Shown: positions 8,924-18,298 of the stretch, piece by piece
Position numbering within the stretch: the stretch's first letter is position 1
Layout of the letters: the number at the start of each line of letters is the position of its first letter
DNA from: Oscillospiraceae bacterium
GTDB lineage: Bacteria > Bacillota > Clostridia > Oscillospirales > CAG-272
Assembly (NCBI GenBank): GCA_015063545.1
Contig: SVTX01000004.1
Coordinates: forward strand, 4,691 to 68,690
Length of the DNA: 64,000 bases
Reading direction: 5' to 3'
Made by a program: the position numbers and the translations under genes
The notes under the pieces: generated by a model
The model's input: the letters and a program-made list of their open reading frames with translations, nothing else
What the model was told of the DNA's origin: nothing
Databases searched by the model: none

Positions 8924-9445
8924 TTATACGCGTAACATGATTGCAAGGTTTATGTATGAGACATAAAAAAGCCATAGGCTGTTTGTACACATCGCAAGGC
9001 AGGACAATGTGTGTACGCTTTTGAACAAAAATGCGCACATACACGAGCAAATAAGACAGCACACGGAAATAATGAAAGAGAAAAACAGTTTTGTGCCGCA
9101 AAAAAAGAGAGGATACCACATTAAGGACATAAAAAACATAGCTATAAAGAACAGGCTTCCCCGATACGAGAGAATTTCCTCTTGTCCGCATATTCTTTTG
9201 CAGAATATTTTTCCCATTATGATGCCGAATGCAAAACCCGATATAAAAAACCAAAACAGGCTTAGCATATTAAAGATCCACATCGGGGGCAGGAGTACGT
9301 CTGCCCCCATGACGTGTATCATATTCAAGGGACTTGGAGCGCAAAGTCTTATAATAAATCCTATTGTTGCATAAACAATACCGCATATCAAACCTGTTTT
9401 TTTAACCGCATCGGGCCGTCTGTCACGATGTTTTGTTTGCATCAT
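8924..9445 (-). CDS. TspO/MBR-like multi-pass membrane protein (Cys-rich, Trp-poor)
   Basis: LLPPMWIFNMLSLFWFFISG, then MWYPLFF, then LWLFYVSYINL follow the TspO layout. Start moved to ATG 9445 (GGAGG plus 5 nt), giving 173 aa. Confidence 0.5.
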   Translation of the reverse strand: MMQTKHRDRRPDAVKKTGLICGIVYATIGFIIRLCAPSPLNMIHVMGADVLLPPMWIFNMLSLFWFFISGFAFGIIMGKIFCKRICGQEEILSYRGSLFFIAMFFMSLMWYPLFFCGTKLFFSFIISVCCLICSCMCAFLFKSVHTLSCLAMCTNSLWLFYVSYINLAIMLRV

Positions 9446-9486
9446 GATATCCTCCGTAACATTCTTTTGGAACATTATATGGAGAA

Positions 9487-11538
9487 TTATTCAAAGTTAT
9501 TCTGCAAAAACCATCCGTTGCGAAGTATATCCGTTGAATCACCGACAACGGGCATCTGTCCGGTTTGTGAATTGTAGGTAAGCATTTGTACCTTTTCCGA
9601 GCAGTGGAATTGTTTCGGAGCATCTTTGTAGCTATTTAGCCTATATATTTGCGTTAGAATGTCGTTCCATATTCTGACCGAAGGATTTCCCAAAGCACCC
9701 GACAGAGGTTGCGGATAGTCGTATCCGCACCATACCCCCGCAAGCAAAGAAGGTGTATATCCCACGAAAAGCTTGTCGCAGTTGTTTTGAGTAGTTCCTG
9801 TTTTCCCTGCCACGTCAACATTCTTCAAAAGTGTGATTTGTCCGCCAGATGCTGTTCCCGATATCACTACCTGCTCGAGTAGCTTTGTCATAATAGATGC
9901 GCTTTGCTCGGAGATCACCTCTTCTTGATTTTTTCGGTTATCAAAGATAAGATTTCCGTTTGCATCCGTAACTTTGTAATATGAGCGCGCCGTGCTCATA
10001 TTACCTTGAGCAAATATGCTGTATCCTGCGGTGAGTTCCCGTAACGATATGCCGTTCAGAGTTTGTCCGAGCGCAAGAGAAACCGGGTTTTCATCACCCG
10101 AAGAGTCCTTTGTCGGAGAGATGAGACTGTCAATGTGCAGTCTGTTTTTCAGGAAGGATAAGGAATTCTTGGCGCCCAACTTATATAGCATTTTTACAGA
10201 GACTGTGTTGGTTGAGTTTGCTATTGCGTCACATATATTGATGTTGCCTTCATATTTCCTGTTTGCGTTCTGAGGCCAATCTTTGCCTTGAATATTTGAG
10301 ATCGGAGAATCGTTTACGATTGTTGCCCAGTTTATTTCTCCCTTTTCGATTAAGGGGGCATATACCGAAAGCGGCTTTATTGTGGAGCCGGGAGAACGCT
10401 TGGTATCTGTCGCATAATTCTGTATAAGATTTCCCTGCTTTTTTCCTATCGCTCCTGCTATGCCGAGTATATCTCCGTTGTATGGATCCATAATAATCAT
10501 TGACGATTGCGGAGAGGGTACATTTGATACAGAAAGATATGTGTCAAGATCCCGATAGTACGATTCAAGAATATTCTGTATGTCGGGGTTGACGGTAGTA
10601 TATATTCTTAGCCCGCCGTTGAATATTGTGTTATATGCGTATTGCTTTGTATATCCGAGCCGTGTGAAATCTCGGACGAGGTCAGATATGAGAGTTTCTT
10701 CAAACCATGAGAGATTGCTTTGATAGCTTTTTTTGTTTACGTTCAATTCTAAAGGCTGTACCTTTGAATAATTGTATTCGCTCTCGGATATATAGCCTTG
10801 GTCATACATGCATTTCAATACGACATTTCTTCGGCCCACAGTGTTTTGAGGACATTTTATTGGGTCGTACAGTGATGGGTTATTGGTGATTGCGGCTATC
10901 GCGGCTATTTCACATAACGAAAGTTCATTGGGTGATTTTGAAAAATAGAAATCCGCCGCTGCGCCTACTCCCATGCACCCGTTGGAGAGATTGATTATGT
11001 TGAAGTATATTTCCAATATTTCATCTTTGCTGTGATTTTTTTCAAAATTAAGAGCGAGAAAGACCTCGTTTATCTTTCTTTTTGGTGTGCGCTCGCTTTT
11101 TCCCGTAAGGTTTTTGATTACCTGCTGAGTTATGGTGGAGGCTCCAAATGACGAGGATTTTCTTAATATATAATTTGCAACCGCCTTTGCGCTTCTGATA
11201 AAATCCACACCGTGATGAGAATAAAACCTTTTATCCTCTACCGAAATGAACGCATCTATCATTTTCTGAGGCACCCTGCTTATAGGCACATAACTGTATT
11301 TTGATTCCGAGCATGAAAGGTTTTCGGTCAAAACTTTTGGTTTTGACGGGTCTCCGTCCTGATAATAATATACAATCGTTTGCGTGTTTTCCGACGGCAA
11401 GGACAGAAGTTCCTTATCTATATTAATGCCGGCTTTTTTGTATAAGTACACAAAAGCAAATGACGATACAACAGTTAAAAGTATCATTGATATGATTACT
11501 AAAACGAGTAGAAAATTAATAAGTTTTTTCATAGTCAC
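9487..11538 (-). CDS. Class A penicillin-binding protein (glycosyltransferase plus transpeptidase)
   Basis: N-terminal TM anchor, GT51 motifs SVEDKRFYSHHGVD and STITQQVIKN, and transpeptidase motifs SPGSTIKP and KTGTT. Confidence 0.9.
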   Translation of the reverse strand: MTMKKLINFLLVLVIISMILLTVVSSFAFVYLYKKAGINIDKELLSLPSENTQTIVYYYQDGDPSKPKVLTENLSCSESKYSYVPISRVPQKMIDAFISVEDKRFYSHHGVDFIRSAKAVANYILRKSSSFGASTITQQVIKNLTGKSERTPKRKINEVFLALNFEKNHSKDEILEIYFNIINLSNGCMGVGAAADFYFSKSPNELSLCEIAAIAAITNNPSLYDPIKCPQNTVGRRNVVLKCMYDQGYISESEYNYSKVQPLELNVNKKSYQSNLSWFEETLISDLVRDFTRLGYTKQYAYNTIFNGGLRIYTTVNPDIQNILESYYRDLDTYLSVSNVPSPQSSMIIMDPYNGDILGIAGAIGKKQGNLIQNYATDTKRSPGSTIKPLSVYAPLIEKGEINWATIVNDSPISNIQGKDWPQNANRKYEGNINICDAIANSTNTVSVKMLYKLGAKNSLSFLKNRLHIDSLISPTKDSSGDENPVSLALGQTLNGISLRELTAGYSIFAQGNMSTARSYYKVTDANGNLIFDNRKNQEEVISEQSASIMTKLLEQVVISGTASGGQITLLKNVDVAGKTGTTQNNCDKLFVGYTPSLLAGVWCGYDYPQPLSGALGNPSVRIWNDILTQIYRLNSYKDAPKQFHCSEKVQMLTYNSQTGQMPVVGDSTDILRNGWFLQNNFE

Positions 11539-11631
11539 TCTCCTTTCTTTCTTATTTTTTCTCCGCGCAGCTCAAAAACACAAGGTAAGATAAATTACTT
11601 TTGCAATAAAAAAGCAAATGAAATATTTTAT

Positions 11632-11664
11632 ACCAAAAAAAGCGGACACTCCACGAGTGTCCGC
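11632..11664 (-). terminator. Intrinsic terminator (minus strand)
   Basis: GCGGACACTC-CAC-GAGTGTCCGC, followed on the minus strand by TTTTTTTGG. Lies 3' of the metallophosphoesterase gene. Confidence 0.8.
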
Positions 11665-11677
11665 AAATTTGCGATTC

Positions 11678-12442
11678 TTATTTGCTTTTGATGTTAATAC
11701 ACAATACCTCTCGTGGATTAAAAAATCTTGGACAAGGTATCGGTCTTGTATTGTTACTGCATCCGCGGCTTATTATAAATTTTCCGTCGTGTAAGCCTGA
11801 TGTGTATTTGGGAAACAATCCCTGACCGGGCGCGTAAACTCCTCGGTTGAATATTCTCCACTGCCCTCCGTGAGCATGCCCTGACAATATGAGGTCAAAT
11901 TTTTTATCCGCAAGGTATTCGGGATAATATTCGGGATGATGGCACAGGAGTATTTTGTATCCTGACTCTTCGGAATATCTGTCCAAAAAAGCCACATTCG
12001 GTTTTCCGTCTTTTTTGTAAAGCCCGGAAAGCACACCGCCGATGAGTATGCCGTCGGTTAAGCTTTCGTACTTATCAAACAGCATATGTATGCCAAGCGC
12101 TTCAAGGCGATCAAACACGCTTTGAGGTACGCTTCTGTATCCGGAGAACTCGGGATTTTCCAAGCAGGGTTCGGCTTCCACCTCATGATTTCCGAAACAG
12201 TAATATACGGGAGCTATTTTGACTGCTTGTTCGAAAAAAGCAAAACCGCGCTGATTGCGCACGGTGTTTTTGCCGCCAAAATTCTCAAACATGTCTCCCG
12301 GTGAAAGTATGACATCCGGTTGAATTTGCTTCAATGCTTCAATTACGGGAGAGGGATCTTTGGTGTGAAGATCGGCTACAACGGCAAGTTTTACATCGAT
12401 ATTGGGTTTTGCGCTTTGTAAATTATAATTGGTGATCTTCAA
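11678..12442 (-). CDS. Calcineurin-like metallophosphoesterase
   Basis: VADLH, SPGDMFE, GNHE and GHAHGGQ motifs. TTG start lies 8 nt after GGAG and 1 nt after the upstream stop. Confidence 0.8.
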   Translation of the reverse strand: MKITNYNLQSAKPNIDVKLAVVADLHTKDPSPVIEALKQIQPDVILSPGDMFENFGGKNTVRNQRGFAFFEQAVKIAPVYYCFGNHEVEAEPCLENPEFSGYRSVPQSVFDRLEALGIHMLFDKYESLTDGILIGGVLSGLYKKDGKPNVAFLDRYSEESGYKILLCHHPEYYPEYLADKKFDLILSGHAHGGQWRIFNRGVYAPGQGLFPKYTSGLHDGKFIISRGCSNNTRPIPCPRFFNPREVLCINIKSK

Positions 12443-12443
12443 T

Positions 12444-12926
12444 TCAGACTCCTTCTATTCCCTGTTCAAGCAAATGTTTTGCTAATATTTCGGCAGCAGA
12501 TGCAACCAACTCTGCGCAGGGACGTTTTTTGTAATATTCGGGCGACCGTTCTTCCGGAATGCCACCGCTTGTATGGGGCGTTCCAATAAGCAGATCACGG
12601 CATATTATAGAGCCGTTTTGGTTTGAAAAGCTTGACGCAAGCTCTCTGACATTTGAATAAAGCTGAATTTTTTTTGCGTTATCGGAAGCCGAGCTATATC
12701 CGCACAGGTATCCCTCTACCAAAAACATCCCGCTGACGGCTCCGCAAACCTCGCGCATCCTTCCCATTCCGCCGCCAAATGGAGACGCAAGCATCAATAA
12801 GTTTTCCTGATCTACGGGCATGAGATCGCCAAAAGCCAGAGCAACGGATTGCGAGCAGTTATATCCCTGCTCAAAATATGATTTTGCGTTTTGAGAACGT
12901 ATTGAAATTCTTTCTTGTTCGGTCAT
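12444..12926 (-). CDS. C_GCAxxG_C_C family protein
   Basis: YNCSQSVALAF, GGGMGRMREVCGAVSG and RPCAELV form the family pattern. Confidence 0.8.
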   Translation of the reverse strand: MTEQERISIRSQNAKSYFEQGYNCSQSVALAFGDLMPVDQENLLMLASPFGGGMGRMREVCGAVSGMFLVEGYLCGYSSASDNAKKIQLYSNVRELASSFSNQNGSIICRDLLIGTPHTSGGIPEERSPEYYKKRPCAELVASAAEILAKHLLEQGIEGV

Positions 12927-12951
12927 GTTCTTCCTCCGTGTGTTTTTTATG

Positions 12952-12980
12952 ATTATATCAAAGATTTAAAATTTTGTCAA
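12952..12980 (-). promoter_or_regulatory. SigA-type promoter: TTGACA, 17 nt, TATAAT (minus strand), overlapping the comEC stop
   Basis: Minus strand reads aTTGACAaaattttaaatctttgaTATAATcat. The -35 is 12975-12980 and the -10 is 12952-12957. Confidence 0.55.
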
Positions 12981-15295
12981 TCCGCATCGAATTCATATCT
13001 GTGTATATCGGGTGAAAGTATCAGATGCGAATTAGGTGACACATATGAATTTATGTCGTAATACGACGCAATCTCGTCCGATGAAAAGACGATTTGTTTT
13101 ATCCTCTCACCGTTTTGTATTTTGTATTTTTGTTTGGGAGAGGGACCTCTGCTTCCGAATATCAAATAATCTGTTTGCACTAACGTGTCAAATGCCGCCG
13201 CTGATATGTTACTTTCGGTATATGACGGTGACAGATATGTGAGCGAGGTGTTCTCGGTTTGGAGCGAAAGCATTACTGTCGGAACCGTGGAGCGTTTGAT
13301 AAAATCTCGCTGAATATTGACGGTCATTCCGTCCAATATGTATAGGTCTTCCCCATTGTTATAAAATTCTACTTTTACGTTATTGTCTTTCGCACATTCC
13401 ATAATAGACATCATTCGGAAATAATCGTCAGACGTTATGGGTGTCGGTATGTACAGTGAGCGTACCATCTGAGACTGAAATACCTGTGACAGACAGGATA
13501 TGTGCGCAGTTGTGTAATGAGTGAGAACAAACGCATCTATTTCTGTGGAGTTCAGTTTTGACAACTCGTCAAAGGCGTACATAAACGTCGTGGAGTAACC
13601 CGGTGTCATATCGAAAATCACTGTTTGTTCTCCATCACGGGCGATAATTACATTTCTGTCATCCTGTTGGTTTACATAGGAGACTTTTACAATATCTTTT
13701 TCGATGTTTGCTGATATTCCCACTGCGGTAAAAAATACGATGAGTGCTGAAATAAACGGAATAGCCGATGTCCATTGGTGTTTGAATTTTATGGTAAGAC
13801 ATACTAACAACACCATAGAAAGCAGTACGGCGGCAATAGTAGTAAATCTGTAATTGAATGAGATCATGCAATCGTTGCGTTGAGATATATTTGAGCAAAA
13901 GTCTATCATTGCACCGCAGCTCAAATTAAGCAAGTGGTATAAGATCCTGCCAAATATGGGAACAGAACAACACGCAAGATATAGAGGTGTCATTATCAGG
14001 ATAAGCTCTGTGGGTATGGCAAGGATCAAAGATGATAATACAGAATATACTGACATTTGTTTTGTAAACACACACAAAACAATGACAAGCGGAGCTATGG
14101 CGCAGATCGAAGTAAGTATTGATGTAACGATAGCCACGAGGGGAGATATGAGTAGCTTCCATTTGCGGTAATGCGGTTGAAAGAAATAAAACGCAAACGA
14201 CTGGAACAGCGGCATATAAGTTAAAATTCCGAACGTAGCGGCAAACGACATCCAAAAGCCTGCGTTGAGGATCGCCCCGGGTGAACACATAAGAATCACC
14301 GTACCGGCTATCGAAAGTGACGTAAGTCCGTCCGACCGGTAATTGCATATCATTGACAAATACACAGTCAGTAGCATAAGCACAGATCTTGTGGCAGAAA
14401 CCGAAAAGCCTGTAAAAGCAAGATAAAGCACTGCAAGAAATCCAAGTATGATGGCCCTTGCTTTGTATGGCATGAAGCATTTTTTAAATATAAATGCTAT
14501 AAATCCGAAAAGTATGCTCATATGCAGACCACTGATCGCAAGAATGTGCGATGCGCCCGAACGCCTGAAGTCTCTCACTATATCGGTTGGCAGACCGTTC
14601 TTGTTTCCCAAGAATATTGCGGAGCATACCCCACCCTCATCTTTTCCAAGATCATTCCGAAGCCTGTCTGAGAGCTTATCGTTGAATTTTGCAAGTATGG
14701 CGCGGAGACTGTTTGCATCCCTTTTTGATATGTAAATATCTTCCGATATATCCGATTTGAATTTTGCAAATATACCGTCCGATAGCATCATATCTGCTTC
14801 TTTGTATGAGCCGATGCTTTCTTCAAATTTTGAAACCGAAACACTCGCCTTTATTTCATTTCCCGGTTGTATATCAGCCAGATATTCGCATTCTATAACA
14901 GCATCAAAGGATACACGCTTTCCGTCAAGCTCTTTGACATGGAGCGTATATTCGCTGGAACCTCCGGAATAAAACGATTCGGATATAACCAAGGCTTTAA
15001 TATTGTGTTCTTCTCCTTCAGGCATGAGTGCATATTTTTCATACCTTACGTTAAAGTAGATGAGCGAAACGGTTGCAGAGCAAATTGTCAATGCAAAAAA
15101 CAGTATCCACGACAGGAATGCTGTCAATGACATGTTTTTCTTATGAATCTTGAAACACACAACTACCAGAGTTGACAAAATACAAATAATTATGGCAATA
15201 ACTTTTACCCACGCTTCCGAAAAATAAAAAAGAACGGAGCTGAACATAAATGTCATGCATGAGCAAAAAACAGGCCTATTCTTGAAAAGCTGCAT
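12977..15295 (-). CDS. comEC: ComEC/Rec2 DNA internalisation channel protein with a degenerate C-terminal metallo-beta-lactamase-like domain
   Basis: 772 aa. Polytopic core with DFRRSGASHILAISGLHMSILFG. The C-terminal domain is present, but the HxHxDH position reads LTHYTTAHIS. Confidence 0.85.
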   Translation of the reverse strand: MQLFKNRPVFCSCMTFMFSSVLFYFSEAWVKVIAIIICILSTLVVVCFKIHKKNMSLTAFLSWILFFALTICSATVSLIYFNVRYEKYALMPEGEEHNIKALVISESFYSGGSSEYTLHVKELDGKRVSFDAVIECEYLADIQPGNEIKASVSVSKFEESIGSYKEADMMLSDGIFAKFKSDISEDIYISKRDANSLRAILAKFNDKLSDRLRNDLGKDEGGVCSAIFLGNKNGLPTDIVRDFRRSGASHILAISGLHMSILFGFIAFIFKKCFMPYKARAIILGFLAVLYLAFTGFSVSATRSVLMLLTVYLSMICNYRSDGLTSLSIAGTVILMCSPGAILNAGFWMSFAATFGILTYMPLFQSFAFYFFQPHYRKWKLLISPLVAIVTSILTSICAIAPLVIVLCVFTKQMSVYSVLSSLILAIPTELILIMTPLYLACCSVPIFGRILYHLLNLSCGAMIDFCSNISQRNDCMISFNYRFTTIAAVLLSMVLLVCLTIKFKHQWTSAIPFISALIVFFTAVGISANIEKDIVKVSYVNQQDDRNVIIARDGEQTVIFDMTPGYSTTFMYAFDELSKLNSTEIDAFVLTHYTTAHISCLSQVFQSQMVRSLYIPTPITSDDYFRMMSIMECAKDNNVKVEFYNNGEDLYILDGMTVNIQRDFIKRSTVPTVMLSLQTENTSLTYLSPSYTESNISAAAFDTLVQTDYLIFGSRGPSPKQKYKIQNGERIKQIVFSSDEIASYYDINSYVSPNSHLILSPDIHRYEFDAD

Positions 15296-15378
15296 GTGTT
15301 TCTTCTCCGTTTCTTAAGATTTTTTAAGTATGCGTTATGTAGCGCGAATTCTAAAAATAAAAAAATTTCCAAAGGTGC

Positions 15379-15407
15379 TTGACAAAAGCCACAAAAGGCT
15401 TTATAAT
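15379..15407 (+). promoter_or_regulatory. SigA-type promoter: TTGACA, 17 nt, TATAAT
   Basis: cTTGACAaaagccacaaaaggcttTATAATaag. The -35 is 15379-15384 and the -10 is 15402-15407. Confidence 0.65.
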
Positions 15408-15464
15408 AAGCATGTTGCAATCAACGAGTCACTCGTTGTAAAAAATTTATCAGGAGGATATGAA

Positions 15465-15689
15465 ATGTTTGAGAAGGTTAAAGAACTTTTGGTGACCGAG
15501 CTCCAGATCAATGCAGATGATATTACCATGGATGCTGAGCTTTCCGCAGATCTTGGAATTAATTCTATCGAGCTTGCAGACCTTGTTATGATCTGCGAGG
15601 AAAAGTTTGATCTTTCTATCGAAGATGAGGATCTTCATTCGTTCATCACTGTTGGAGACGTTGTTAACTATCTTGAGAACAATCTCTGA
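15465..15689 (+). CDS. Acyl carrier protein (stand-alone)
   Basis: 74 aa, MFEKVKELLVTELQINADDITMDAELSADLGINSIELADLVM.... The phosphopantetheine Ser lies in LGINSIE. AGGAGGA lies 6 nt before the ATG. The track ORF 15330..15689 is a 5' over-extension. Confidence 0.85.
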   Translation: MFEKVKELLVTELQINADDITMDAELSADLGINSIELADLVMICEEKFDLSIEDEDLHSFITVGDVVNYLENNL

Positions 15690-15717
15690 TTTGAATCCCG
15701 AACATAAAGAAATATAT

Positions 15718-15751
15718 ATCCGCATCCCGCAAAGTGGGATGCGGATTTTTC
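15718..15751. terminator. Hairpin terminator between convergent acp and ispE
   Basis: ATCCGCATCCC-GCAAAGT-GGGATGCGGAT followed by TTTTT. Confidence 0.8.
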
Positions 15752-15774
15752 GTTGCTTGCATAACTTTTTGCAA

Positions 15775-16635
15775 TTACGGAGATACGGGGCGACAAAGAT
15801 ATGTCTCTGCCCCAAATTTTTTCAATTGTGCAAGTGTATCTCGCGCTTTGTCCTCGCAAGAGAAAATGCCAAACACGGACGGTCCGCTTCCACTCATCAT
15901 TGCGTGGTCTGCCCCACCGGCAAGCATGATGCTTTTCAAAGATGCGGCAGATGAATGTGTCGGTAAAATAACGCTTTCAAATATGTTGAACATGCCCTCG
16001 AAATACGTCTTGTCGTTCTTGCCTGCTGCCGTATCTGTGAATCGCGTTTGTGGAACGTATTCCTTAAAGTCGTTATACATTTTATCGAGTGCAGCATATG
16101 CCGTGGGTGTAGAAACGCCCTCTCCCGCACGTGCTATGAGAATATGTCTGTCGGGCATGGATGGAAATTTAGTTATGCGGTCACCTATTCCCTGTGTAAG
16201 ACACGTTCCTCCGACCATGCAAAACGGGACATCTGCCCCGATCTTTGCTCCTATTGCAAGTAGCTCGTCAGTAGTATATTTGTTATTCAAAAGTTGATTT
16301 AAAAGCTTGAGAACAGCGGCGGCATCAGTGCTTCCCCCGGCAAGACCTGCGGCGGCGGGAATGTTTTTTTCTATATGGATGTTCACAGTTCCGCTTTCGA
16401 TCAAGCGGCCGGCAGCCTTATACGCTATATTGTCCTTTCCAACGGGAATATTGGGATTGCTGCAAGTGACGGTAATGCTTTTATATTTTGACGGTTCATA
16501 TTCCACGCTTACGGTGTCATAAAGCCCTACGCTTTGCATAACGCTTATTATGTTGTGATATCCGTTATCCATTTTAGATTTGATATCCAGGAAAAGATTA
16601 ATTTTTGCATATGCATTCTCTTTTATTGTTGTCAT
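15775..16635 (-). CDS. ispE: 4-diphosphocytidyl-2-C-methyl-D-erythritol kinase
   Basis: AYAKINLFLDI and the GHMP motif IPAAAGLAGGSTDAAA. Start moved to ATG 16635 after AAGGAGA. Confidence 0.9.
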   Translation of the reverse strand: MTTIKENAYAKINLFLDIKSKMDNGYHNIISVMQSVGLYDTVSVEYEPSKYKSITVTCSNPNIPVGKDNIAYKAAGRLIESGTVNIHIEKNIPAAAGLAGGSTDAAAVLKLLNQLLNNKYTTDELLAIGAKIGADVPFCMVGGTCLTQGIGDRITKFPSMPDRHILIARAGEGVSTPTAYAALDKMYNDFKEYVPQTRFTDTAAGKNDKTYFEGMFNIFESVILPTHSSAASLKSIMLAGGADHAMMSGSGPSVFGIFSCEDKARDTLAQLKKFGAETYLCRPVSP

Positions 16636-16765
16636 TGAATATTCTCCTTGCGCAATTTCAAATCTGCTTAGCATCATTATAGCTCTTATTTTGAATCAGT
16701 CTGTTAATATTTGTTGAATTTTTAGAAAAAAATAAATAAAAAAGTTAAAATGTCATTTTTTTATA

Positions 16766-16794
16766 TTGACGAAAGTCGAAAACGGGTATATAAT
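16766..16794 (+). promoter_or_regulatory. SigA-type promoter: TTGACG, 17 nt, TATAAT
   Basis: aTTGACGaaagtcgaaaacgggtaTATAATat. The -35 is 16766-16771 and the -10 is 16789-16794. Confidence 0.55.
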
Positions 16795-16853
16795 ATAATG
16801 TGGTGTATTTTGTGAAATTTACAAATACAATACGAACTTTATCGGGAGACAGT

Positions 16854-18230
16854 ATGGAAAAACAAAACGCTAAAAACAAAAAGCTTACGCTTGTTGCCAT
16901 ATCTATTGGAATACTTATTGCTATAGCGGCGCTTTTTTATCTGATATTTAATATTGAGGGATTGAGAAAGATATTTGCGCCCGTTATAACAGGTGTAGTT
17001 ATTGCATTTGTGCTTAATCCTATACTTAAATTTTATGAGTATAGAATTTTTGCGTGGAAAAAAAACACGCAGCTCCGCAGAAATCTGTGTATCGCATGCT
17101 CAATTGTGATGACTTTTATAACAGGTGTCGCTATTGTTGCTTTGGTCTTTATGCTTATCGTTCCCCAACTTATAGACAGTATCACACAGCTGGTTGCCAA
17201 TAAGGACCAATATCTCGATAACCTGACGGATATCATCAATAATGCAGTTAACGCAATAAAGAAATTTTTTTCTGCTGACCGTTCATATGAATATCAGGAG
17301 GTGATAGCCGACGGTCAGATAGAGGAGTATGTCAGAGGGTTATTTTCAAGTGATGAGAACGATGCGGATCCGTCCGCGATGTCTGACATGCTTCAAAGCA
17401 TATGGCCTATGATCCAAAAGATAGGGGTTGGAATATACGATGCCCTTAAAAATGTTTTGATAGGACTTTTCCTTGCGTTCTATATTCTTATTTCCAAGGA
17501 TCTTCGTCGTGCGCAGTTCAGAAAATTCCGTAAGGCATTTCTCTCTCCTGAGCAGGATAGATTTGTTGTTGATTCATTGAAAATAGCGAATAAGAACTTT
17601 AACGGATTCATTAAGGGAAAATTTTTGGATTCCCTCATTATCGGTCTTTTAGCATACGTTATGTTTGAAGTGTTCAGCATATCGGAATACAATATTCTTA
17701 ATGCTACCGTGGTAGGTATTACGAATATCATTCCCGTGTTTGGACCGATTATCGGTGCTATTCCCGTTGCGTTTGTGGTTTTGATATCTAACCCTTCGAA
17801 ATTTTTGTTGGTGTTGGTTTTGATATTGCTTATTCAGCAATTGGACGGAAATGTTATAGGTCCGAAGATACTCGGAGACGCCACCAATGTTAGTGCGTTG
17901 ACCGTTATCATAGCTATATGTGTCATGGGCAGCATTCTTGGGATTTTTGGCATGATAATTGGCGTTCCGTTGTTTGCGACTGTGATTGCTATAGTTAAGA
18001 AGATGATGGAAAAGCGTCTTGCGGAAAAAGGCGAGCCCGTAGATACAGAAGAGTATTTTTCCAGCAGGACATTGATAGATCCCCACAGATTTGCGCATAA
18101 GGACGAGCATACTTGGATATACCGATATGAGCATAGCAATATTAAAGTAAGAGTGGATCTGTTTTTGTCAAAATTTAAAAAGAAAAACAAGAAAGCAAAT
18201 AAAGAACATAAGAAAACAAATAAAGAATAA
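16854..18230 (+). CDS. AI-2E family transporter (PerM/YtvI-like permease)
   Basis: Polytopic membrane protein with the family-typical C-terminal core (ITNIIPVFGPIIGAIP...LDGNVIGPKILG). Lys-rich tail. Start set at ATG 16854. Confidence 0.8.
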   Translation: MEKQNAKNKKLTLVAISIGILIAIAALFYLIFNIEGLRKIFAPVITGVVIAFVLNPILKFYEYRIFAWKKNTQLRRNLCIACSIVMTFITGVAIVALVFMLIVPQLIDSITQLVANKDQYLDNLTDIINNAVNAIKKFFSADRSYEYQEVIADGQIEEYVRGLFSSDENDADPSAMSDMLQSIWPMIQKIGVGIYDALKNVLIGLFLAFYILISKDLRRAQFRKFRKAFLSPEQDRFVVDSLKIANKNFNGFIKGKFLDSLIIGLLAYVMFEVFSISEYNILNATVVGITNIIPVFGPIIGAIPVAFVVLISNPSKFLLVLVLILLIQQLDGNVIGPKILGDATNVSALTVIIAICVMGSILGIFGMIIGVPLFATVIAIVKKMMEKRLAEKGEPVDTEEYFSSRTLIDPHRFAHKDEHTWIYRYEHSNIKVRVDLFLSKFKKKNKKANKEHKKTNKE

Positions 18231-18298
18231 GTAAAATGCAAATGTGCCCCATTGATAAGGATATCGGGCATATTTGTATGTAAGGATCGTAAACTTAT

